Below, piece after piece: positions 7,700 to 14,686 of a stretch of DNA of 55,299 nt. Source of the DNA: an uncultured Gammaproteobacteria bacterium (lineage in GTDB: Bacteria; Patescibacteriota; Microgenomatia; CAZETR01; Amesbacteraceae). The notes beneath the pieces were generated by a model. The model worked only from the letters and a program-made list of their open reading frames with translations. It had not been told where the DNA came from and did not search any database. The DNA is taken from positions 433,736-489,034 of the forward strand of contig CAZIVL010000001.1 in assembly GCA_964543035.1 (NCBI GenBank). Direction: 5' to 3'. The position numbers and the translations under genes are program-made. Numbering within the stretch: the first letter of the stretch is position 1; every line of letters starts with the position of its first letter.

Positions 7700-8066
7700 T
7701 AAATAACATTAATTTTTGGTGTGTGGGGTCGGAGTTTATATTTTTTGAGTGTGGTAGGTTTCTTGCTTATCGCAAGTCCTTTACTGATTACAACATTTGT
7801 AACCAGATCCACAGCTCTCATTGTCCAATCTGGGGTAATCCCAAATTAGCAATGCAAAATATAAGAGTCCGACCCCCAAAATCTTTCTCGAGCATGCTCG
7901 TTATCCAAAGCGCAATTGCTTTGAAAAAAGAGTGTTCACTCGATCGAAATTTCGACGAGATCGTGAAAATTACTTACAGGGGTGTCCATGAAACAAGACA
8001 AGCCAATTGGCCCATCCATTCATGCTTTGCTCCGCTTCTGGAACAAACTTTTGACACCCCAATTAC
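7700..8066 (-). ncRNA. Candidate structured RNA element, copy A (unknown family), directly 3' of the 289-aa gene
   Basis: Core closed by GGGGTCGGA (7725-7733)/TCCGACCCC (7868-7876). Internal hairpins are CTTGC/GCAAG (7762-7776), TTACA/TGTAA (7788-7802) and TGGG-GTAAT-CCCA (7831-7843). A distal stem GGGGTGTC (7979-7986)/GACACCCC (8053-8060) ends 6 nt from the stop codon. The architecture is shared with copy B with compensatory changes. Strand assignment is tentative. Confidence 0.6.
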
Positions 8067-8936
8067 TTATCCGAAAAACACGATAAGCACAACTACAATC
8101 ACAACGGCCGCCACGATCGCCAAACCCAGCAAGAAGTTTTCAACTTCCTCTTGAATCTGCTGGATCAGGCGGATGAGGCTATAGTTCGAGCCGGCGGGGT
8201 GAGTCTCAAGCACGGGTGTGTGCCTTGAGTGTTGATCGGAATCGTCCCGGGGCGTGCTGGGCTTGGGCTTCGGCGCCGGCGGAGTGGAAATCGGGGCACG
8301 CGGCTCCATCTTCTTCAAAACTTCGGGCTTCGTCTCCTCGATGGTCACATGCGTGACTGAAACATACACGGTATTCGTGATGTTCATCGAATTGTCGTAC
8401 ACGATCTGGCCGGTGTTGGTCCAATTCCCGTTGCTGTAGTTAAAACCAGCAGAATTCGGACCTGACACGACGTTCGAAACGATGTTGCTATTGCTGACGT
8501 TACCCACGGGGGTAGTCAGTACGGGAGTCGCATTGTTCAGCGGCTCTTCAATGAAAAAAGCTTTCAGAGAAACGTTGAACCAATCGCAATTGGTGCCACT
8601 TACTTTGAATTGCGACCACCCGTTGTAGGGTTGACCATCGGCCAGCGCGAGGCTGTCGACACCCCAAACTTCGGGAATGCCAAAAACAAAGATGCCGCCG
8701 CGATCCGTCACCCCATATTGGATATCGCCATTGGACAAATGAAGTTCAACCAGTGTGTTGTACACGGGCTGAGCATTCTCGTCCTGAACAAGGACCTGCA
8801 CAAAGTACAATGGGCAATCCTTGCCTTCGGGGTGAACCACGGGCTGGCCACAGTCCGCATAGGCCGTAGGAACGAAAGTTCCAACGACGATAACCAGTAA
8901 CAGACCAAACAGGGCGAAGAAGATTTTCTTAGCCAT
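8067..8936 (-). CDS. secreted type I membrane protein with a carboxypeptidase-regulatory-like (CarboxypepD_reg) domain and a C-terminal TM anchor
   Basis: Signal peptide MAKKIFFALFGLLLVIVVGTFVPTAYA, then YFVQVLVQDENAQPVYNTLVELHLSNGDIQYGVTDRGGIFVFG, a Pro-rich PPAPKPKPSTP stretch, and C-terminal LGLAIVAAVVIVVVLIVFFG. RBS AAGGAGG precedes the ATG. It is visibly GC-richer than its neighbours. Confidence 0.75.
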   Translation of the reverse strand: MAKKIFFALFGLLLVIVVGTFVPTAYADCGQPVVHPEGKDCPLYFVQVLVQDENAQPVYNTLVELHLSNGDIQYGVTDRGGIFVFGIPEVWGVDSLALADGQPYNGWSQFKVSGTNCDWFNVSLKAFFIEEPLNNATPVLTTPVGNVSNSNIVSNVVSGPNSAGFNYSNGNWTNTGQIVYDNSMNITNTVYVSVTHVTIEETKPEVLKKMEPRAPISTPPAPKPKPSTPRDDSDQHSRHTPVLETHPAGSNYSLIRLIQQIQEEVENFLLGLAIVAAVVIVVVLIVFFG

Positions 8937-9194
8937 TTCTACTGGACCTCCTTAAAGGCCAGGTGTTTACACTCAGATGCAAGCATCTAAGGTAAACCAA
9001 AAAAGAAAATAGGGTTGATTTCACAGGCGTATTGAACGCAGCGGAGACACAAGATAAGGCTCGGGCTAGCACTCCCTTGCACTATCACTAGTGTCACCAA
9101 AAGGTGACAATAATTTGTGTCCCCATTGCGTCCAACAGACCAATGAAAACCCTTTAGTAATTCTCGAATCTCGATTTTTAATGTACTAGACTTC

Positions 9195-9266
9195 TGCATT
9201 TTCGGTCTACCGAAGCACGCTTTGTGCGTAGGAGACCTCATCAGCCCCGCTCAGCGGAGTAATGCA
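9195..9266 (-). ncRNA. Hammerhead ribozyme, type III topology (candidate)
   Basis: The reverse complement reads UGCAUU-A-CUCCGC-UGA-GCGGGG-CUGAUGA-GGUCU..(24 nt)..AGACC-GAA-AAUGCA. All invariant core nucleotides are present in order, and stems I (6 bp), II (5 bp plus extension) and III (6 bp) are present. The NUH site is UUA. Confidence 0.8.
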
Positions 9267-9394
9267 TATGGACCAAATTTTTAAGGGTCTTAAATTACTT
9301 ACGACCTTACGGTCGAAGTATTTTTGCTGTCGGACTTCGTCCGAACTATGACGCTGCATATCTTGATAGATATTTCGCGTCGCAATAAATAATT

Positions 9395-9815
9395 GTTATT
9401 TTCGTGTGTGGGGTAGGTGCTTGTGTCTTGTTTAGTGTGTGTTAATTTCTGCTCGTAGCAGAGTCTTCAACGATTCAAATTGCTCTGAATCGTTTTACAC
9501 GCTTGTTGTCCGTCATCTGGGTTAATCCCAAACGAAAGCCAACTTATACAAGATGCAAATGCACCTACCCTCAAGTTTTGTTTCTCCAGCAATGTCGCTG
9601 AATTAGACGCAACGTCTAACGAGCAAAAAAGCTAGGTATCCAAAACCCGAGAGGTTTCAATCTTCTGCAATCCACAATTAGGATTGACTTGCGGTCAAAG
9701 ACAAAAGTCATTGGCACAGAAGAGAAAGAGTTAGTTATCCGCCAGCCGGTTCTATGTTCAACCACTCGGTTGATTCACGGGGTTATCCCATTACATAGAA
9801 CCAGCTGATCGGTCT
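9395..9815 (-). ncRNA. Candidate structured RNA element, copy B (same family as 7700-8066), directly 3' of the 637-aa gene
   Basis: Core closed by GGGTAGGTGC (9411-9420)/GCACCTACCC (9561-9570). Hairpins are TCTGCT/AGCAGA (9448-9462), AACGATTC/GAATCGTT (9469-9494) and TGGG-TTAAT-CCCA (9518-9530). The distal 15-bp stem 9743-9757/9793-9807 starts 12 nt from the stop codon. Its single mismatch is C.A on plus, which is G.U on minus. Confidence 0.6.
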
Positions 9816-9819
9816 AGTA

Positions 9820-11733
9820 CTAATTCAGAATGGAGTTCACCGACTCAAGTGAGTACGGCGCGTGGACAAGGTCCCACCAGTCTGGTTGAAGAACTCGTTC
9901 CCCGGGTTGTGTGACATTGACTTGCGTCAAGTGTCCAGCTCCATCGCGATACCATAATTGGTTCGCAATAACAAAAGCTGCACGGGTACTACCATCCAAA
10001 TCTACGGCGACATCATTCGCAATGCGATCCACCAACTTCGGCGAATTGCTCACATTGGAGAACGACATCAATCCTTGATTCGACTTGGAAGTTTGGACAT
10101 CCCCAAAAGCATCAAACGACAAGTTCGTCGTTTTTTGATTGGAGCATCCAAATCCGTACTGACTACCATGAATGTTAACCACGCACAAAACGTCGACAGG
10201 GTTGCGAAAAGCAATCCAATTCCCATCTGGGCTTGTGTCTGGCCGAACACCTTTGATTTTCAGGTCACGAACGAACGTGTTCCATTGATCAGTGACATAA
10301 AGTTCGCCATCAATCACATAAGGAATCGTCCAATCACGCGACCATTCTGGCTGGATCTCATTCACATTATCTGTGAAAGTAATCTGTCGAAGGCCAGTAC
10401 CATCAACGCCAACAACCCATAGGTCCGCATTCTGTGCTTCAGGCATTTGAGCCGAAAACACAATCTTGCAGCCATCGGGGCTAATTGACGGGTTCAACAT
10501 CCATGCGCCATCAAGACGGGCGTCCCAAGTGATCAATTCAATAGTTGAACTAATAGGATTTACCAATCGGTAAATCTCAGATGTGTTCTCTTTGTCGTCT
10601 GCGACAACAAAGATGACATGCTCGACTGACACACAAAAACCCGGCTCAGGGATAGTCACCACGGGGGTAGCTTCCTGAGTAGGAGTATCTGTGGGCGTCG
10701 GGCTGGCCGTGGGCGTCGCAGTCGGAGTATTACTGGGCGTAGGCGTGGAACTCGGTGTCTCACTCGGAGTTGGCGTAGGGGAAGAAATTTCGATAAATCC
10801 CTTGCAATCCGGTGAAGAATTACCATCCACAAATGCCAAGTAGGTCCGCGAACCAGGTGTCAGGTCGTAATCGACACCATAATAGGTATTGTTAGTACCC
10901 ATTCTGCCACTAGAGACCAATTCCCATGTATCGAGTCGAAAAACTTCAACCCATTCACCATTACCCCACACGGTAAGAAAAATTACATTATCACCATGGG
11001 AGTACGAAACCTCCAGCAAATCACATTGCGAAGGGGGTTGTACGGTTGGCGTCGGCTGAGTTCCAGTCGGCGTCTGGGTGTTAGTAGGCGTATTCGTCGG
11101 GGTGGATGTGAAAGTGTTCGTCGGAGTACTCGTGTGAGTCTCCGTGGGGGTCGCCGTGAAAGTTGGCGTGTTAGTGTTCGTAGCTGTCGGGGGAATATTG
11201 GTATTTGTTTCAGTTGGAGTGCTGGTCCATGTGGCTGTCTGAGTCACGTTGCATGAGCGGCCGATAAAGGTCGTCCAATGGTGAACCAGATAGTCGAACA
11301 CGGGCACCCCGTTGATCCAAACCCAACCTCCGCGATGAACGTCAAACTGAACTTTGATACAACCTTCGATATTCAAATCGAGAGACAACTCAATGTCGCC
11401 TCCAGGTTGAACCCACTTCTGACCCGTCCCGGCCAAATGAATCTGACCGTGAAAGACGGTAGCGTCAAATGCGTCGAGTTCGACATCACAGACACTCTGA
11501 CCCTTATTATGGATCACAACAGAAGAAGAACCTTCGCCGCCACCGGAAGCATATTCCAGATTCCAGTCTTCGCAGGGCTTAGGCGTGCTCGTCATCTCGG
11601 GCGTCGCGGAAATCGCGGCCGTCGGAGTGGCTTCGGAATCAGCTTTCACTGTCCGTGTCGGATAAGAACCAATGGCGGATGCCAAAAGGCTTAAAACCAA
11701 AACCCAAAACGTAGGCTTACGGAACTTGTTCAT
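9820..11733 (-). CDS. secreted multidomain protein: signal peptide, two Cys-containing domains joined by PT-rich linkers, and a C-terminal TolB-like (PD40) beta-propeller
   Basis: MNKFRKPTFWVLVLSLLASAIG signal peptide. Long TPT/PTxT linkers. PD40-type repeats NPSISPDGCKIVFSA and RPDTSPDGNWIAFRN. High GC with C/G-rich third positions compared with flanking genes. Confidence 0.8.
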   Translation of the reverse strand: MNKFRKPTFWVLVLSLLASAIGSYPTRTVKADSEATPTAAISATPEMTSTPKPCEDWNLEYASGGGEGSSSVVIHNKGQSVCDVELDAFDATVFHGQIHLAGTGQKWVQPGGDIELSLDLNIEGCIKVQFDVHRGGWVWINGVPVFDYLVHHWTTFIGRSCNVTQTATWTSTPTETNTNIPPTATNTNTPTFTATPTETHTSTPTNTFTSTPTNTPTNTQTPTGTQPTPTVQPPSQCDLLEVSYSHGDNVIFLTVWGNGEWVEVFRLDTWELVSSGRMGTNNTYYGVDYDLTPGSRTYLAFVDGNSSPDCKGFIEISSPTPTPSETPSSTPTPSNTPTATPTASPTPTDTPTQEATPVVTIPEPGFCVSVEHVIFVVADDKENTSEIYRLVNPISSTIELITWDARLDGAWMLNPSISPDGCKIVFSAQMPEAQNADLWVVGVDGTGLRQITFTDNVNEIQPEWSRDWTIPYVIDGELYVTDQWNTFVRDLKIKGVRPDTSPDGNWIAFRNPVDVLCVVNIHGSQYGFGCSNQKTTNLSFDAFGDVQTSKSNQGLMSFSNVSNSPKLVDRIANDVAVDLDGSTRAAFVIANQLWYRDGAGHLTQVNVTQPGERVLQPDWWDLVHAPYSLESVNSILN

Positions 11734-11873
11734 TTTGCAATCAATCCTTTCAGGGTGATTACGTGCTGATGTACGCCTTGCTTGATTCGTCTGGGTTGAG
11801 AACGATTAACCCTCCTGGGTCTTTCTTTCTTAACCTTGCGGGCTTCAATAGACAAAGTAAATTTGTCAGCCAT
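11730..11873 (-). CDS. small basic protein (47 aa), translationally coupled to the 637-aa gene; not in the ORF track
   Basis: My translation is MADKFTLSIEARKVKKERPRRVNRSQPRRIKQGVHQHVITLKGLIAK. A strong RBS is present (AAGGAGGttcttATG). Its stop overlaps the next start as ATGA (11730-11733). Confidence 0.5.
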   Translation of the reverse strand: MADKFTLSIEARKVKKERPRRVNRSQPRRIKQGVHQHVITLKGLIAK

Positions 11874-12418
11874 AAGAACCTCCTTGGCTCTTATTTTTCA
11901 AAAAAGTACACGATGGTGAACGAACAGGTGATAGACTTTTCCCTAAAGTCTCTTCAGCGTATTACATGTCTAGACATTTTTTTGTCCATTACATGAATAA
12001 GTCTGGTTGCGACATACGTCACTATAAATCCTTCAGCTTGAGGTGCTGACAAAATGTGGATTTATGCAGGGTTTACGAACGGGGAAATAATAGGGGGTAA
12101 TAGAGGAAGATGCGAGGTGTGAAACGCAGTGGAAACCCAAATAACATTAGTATGATCAGTACCTGTCGGTTCAACAAAAATTGACTTTAACCAACAACTA
12201 ATCCCTTACCAAATCACTAGATTCCCAATGCGTCTCACAAGATGCACTTCCTTTAAACTAACTCTAAAACCTCTCTTTTTAACGTGCTAGCGTTATTAAG
12301 TAGTTACAGGATTAGTCTGAAAGCTATTTCCAGGCTTCCTAACTACGACTATAGGATACCATTAATCCCATAGTTTGTCAAGGGCAAATACATATCAGAT
12401 ACTCATTCTTCCCTCTCC

Positions 12419-14686
12419 TTGAGAAGGAGCGGGATTGAGGGTGAGGTATTGGCAAGCCTTGGATGCTATGATTTATATATGGAACCAGTAGTTCTCACTC
12501 TTCGTGTCCCCAAGACTTCGGAAAACACTCCCGAGCAGACGGCCCAGCTCCTGGCCTCACTGTCGCGCGCTACTTCAAAAGCAGGTCTTCTGGGTGGCAA
12601 AAATTTGCACCTTAGTCTGGAGGTCACAGTTCTAAATGGTCTCATTACTTTTATTATCGTCACCCCCAAATCACTAGAGTCTTTTGTCCGCTCTCAAATG
12701 CTCGCCACTTATCCCGACGTCGTCATAGAAATTATCGAAGATTATCTGAAAGACTGGTCAACTGAGAAACTGACCAACTGGTCAACTACGGTTGTCCGTC
12801 AACAGTACGCCCAATTCTTTCCACTAAGAGATTACGCCGACTACAAAGAGGTCGACCCTATGCTTCCTGTTTTGGGAGTACTATCAAAAGCCGCCGAAGG
12901 GGACAAAGTCTTACTGCAGTTTGTCTTGACCCCTGCTCCCTCATCTGTGCAAAAAAATGCTTATAGATATCTGCATCCTCAAACTGTCGAAAAAGCTCCC
13001 ACTCCAGAAGGCAAGAAACTGATCGATGACAAGCTATCTCAGCCCTTAGTCGGAGTCTCTATTCATCTGGCTACCTCAAATCCATTTCTGATTCCGGATA
13101 TTGCCGGCTCCATGTCCGTACTCAACAGACCAGATGGCAACAGCCTCATTTCCCGCAAACCTATGCCTTGGGAAAAGCGTGCACTTTGGCAATGTATTAT
13201 TAATCGCAAACCATTTAGCAATCTAACCATTCAGCCATCAGTATTAAATGTCATGGAGCTATCATCTCTTTGGCACTTACCAGGGATCTACACCAAGCTA
13301 CCCAATGTGGCTTGGTCAGCTCTCGCCGCCTCAGTCACCGAACCCCCTGAAAATTTACCCATATATTCTAACGATGTCATCCCGAGCAACGTCGAGGGAT
13401 CCCTTTCAACTCCCCAAGAGATTTCTCCGCGCGCTTCGCTTGGTCGAAATGACATTAATAATGACATTAACTTTTTTGCCAAAACCCAATTTAGAAACCA
13501 AGACGTCATCTTTGGCATCAAGCTCGAAGACCGTCTCAGACACACATATATCCTGGGCAAGTCCGGAACTGGTAAATCGACATTGCTCGAAAACATGGCG
13601 GTCGACGATTTTAAAAAGGGCAGGGGAGTCGCTTTCATCGATCCTCATGGAGACGCCTGTGACAATCTTTTGAATTACATTCCCAAAAATCGCATCAACG
13701 ACACCATCTACTTCAACCCCGCCGACCGCGAGCACCCCGTCAGTCTAAATATTTTAGAAGTCGACAATCCCGATCAAGCCGAGCTGGTGGCCTCTGGTAT
13801 AGTCTCCATCTTCTACAAGCTGTATGGCAGGTCTTGGGGTCCCAGGCTCGAGTATATCCTGCGAAATACCCTCCTCACACTTACTCAGATCCCCGGCAGC
13901 ACCTTGCCCGACGTCATCAAAATGCTGACGCAAAAAGATTTTCGCCAGAAGATCTACAAGCAGATGAAAAACGAGCAGTTACTAAGCTTCTGGCAAAACG
14001 AGTTTGACGTCTTAGAAGAAAAGACCCGAGCCGAGCAGATCAGCTCCATTCTCAACAAAGTCGGCCAGTTTGTAAACTCGCCTCTCATTCACGATCTCAT
14101 CTCTCACCCCAAGTCGACTATCAATCTTGAAAAAGTCCTAGACGAAGGCAAGATCCTGATTGCCAATCTGTCTCAAGGAAAATTGGGTGAGGACAATGCG
14201 ACACTTCTGGGAGCCATGCTCATTACCAAATTGCAGCTATCTGCCATGAAGCGGGTGGACATGCCCAAAGAAGACCGCAAAGAGTTTTTCCTATATGTGG
14301 ACGAGTTTCAAAACTTTGCCACCAATTCCTTTACCAAGATCCTCTCCGAGGCTCGCAAATTTAGGCTCGGCCTAGTACTCGCCAATCAATATATTTCCCA
14401 GATTCCCGAAGAGATCCAAAAAGCCATCTTTGGCAATGCCGGCACTGTCATCTCATTTGTCGTGGGTGCCGAGGACGCCCGGGTTATGGAAGCCGAATTT
14501 GGCAAGATCTTTACCAAAGAAGCTCTGGTTTCCCTCACCAAGCATCAGATAGCTCTCAAAATGACGATTGATAACTCTCTTTCCCAACCCTTCTCGGCCT
14601 ACACTCTTCCACCATTCAAATCCACAAATATGAACCGCGACAAAGTCATCGAATCCTCCAGACAAAGATACGCTCTAAAAAAATAG
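12419..14686 (+). CDS. P-loop ATPase of the TraD/VirD4 (type IV coupling protein)/HerA-like superfamily with a ~360-aa uncharacterised N-terminal region
   Basis: Walker A ILGKSGTGKSTLLEN followed by FIDPHGD. Walker B FFLYVDEFQNFAT. C-terminal GNAGTVISFVVGAEDA resembles the TraD/VirD4 motif. The TTG at 12419 lies inside hairpin 12411-12433, so the likely true start is ATG 12479 (MEPVVLTL). Confidence 0.75.
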   Translation: MRRSGIEGEVLASLGCYDLYMEPVVLTLRVPKTSENTPEQTAQLLASLSRATSKAGLLGGKNLHLSLEVTVLNGLITFIIVTPKSLESFVRSQMLATYPDVVIEIIEDYLKDWSTEKLTNWSTTVVRQQYAQFFPLRDYADYKEVDPMLPVLGVLSKAAEGDKVLLQFVLTPAPSSVQKNAYRYLHPQTVEKAPTPEGKKLIDDKLSQPLVGVSIHLATSNPFLIPDIAGSMSVLNRPDGNSLISRKPMPWEKRALWQCIINRKPFSNLTIQPSVLNVMELSSLWHLPGIYTKLPNVAWSALAASVTEPPENLPIYSNDVIPSNVEGSLSTPQEISPRASLGRNDINNDINFFAKTQFRNQDVIFGIKLEDRLRHTYILGKSGTGKSTLLENMAVDDFKKGRGVAFIDPHGDACDNLLNYIPKNRINDTIYFNPADREHPVSLNILEVDNPDQAELVASGIVSIFYKLYGRSWGPRLEYILRNTLLTLTQIPGSTLPDVIKMLTQKDFRQKIYKQMKNEQLLSFWQNEFDVLEEKTRAEQISSILNKVGQFVNSPLIHDLISHPKSTINLEKVLDEGKILIANLSQGKLGEDNATLLGAMLITKLQLSAMKRVDMPKEDRKEFFLYVDEFQNFATNSFTKILSEARKFRLGLVLANQYISQIPEEIQKAIFGNAGTVISFVVGAEDARVMEAEFGKIFTKEALVSLTKHQIALKMTIDNSLSQPFSAYTLPPFKSTNMNRDKVIESSRQRYALKK

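Noticed and set aside
7721-7735. GTGTG at the start of the element cores as a possible group II intron 5' end
   Set aside because: I could not find a domain V-like hairpin with an AGC triad, an intron-encoded protein, or exon-binding logic. The elements are only ~400 nt, and helix polarity favours the opposite (minus) strand.
7672-8154. 160-aa plus-strand ORF covering structured element A
   Set aside because: It spans the helices that covary with copy B, where no equivalent ORF exists. It has no RBS, its composition is low-complexity (TTITTAATIA), and it runs antisense into the 289-aa gene. I treat it as non-coding.
8987-9241. 84-aa minus-strand ORF between the two GC-rich genes
   Set aside because: Its first codons are stem II of the hammerhead. 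It has no RBS and a Cys/His-rich, odd composition. The region is better explained as RNA.
8206-11694. Multiple long ORFs antisense or out of frame within 8067-8936 and 9820-11733 (for example 8206-8424, 8254-8439, 8610-8900, 9958-10422, 10996-11256, 11278-11694)
   Set aside because: These are typical shadow ORFs of GC-rich coding sequence, with Arg/Gly/Ser-rich nonsense composition. The minus-strand genes have signal peptides, domains and RBSs.
8067-11733. Diversity-generating retroelement or retron hypothesis for the island
   Set aside because: No reverse transcriptase ORF is present. I saw no template/variable repeat pair with adenine-specific differences between the non-coding elements and the gene 3' ends.
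12419-12478. TTG start at 12419 for the TraD-like ATPase
   Set aside because: The first 20 codons (RRSGIEGEVLASLGCYDLY) read through hairpin/repeat 12411-12440. ATG 12479 gives a sensible N-terminus. The feature keeps the ORF-track coordinates, and the alternative start is noted in its evidence.
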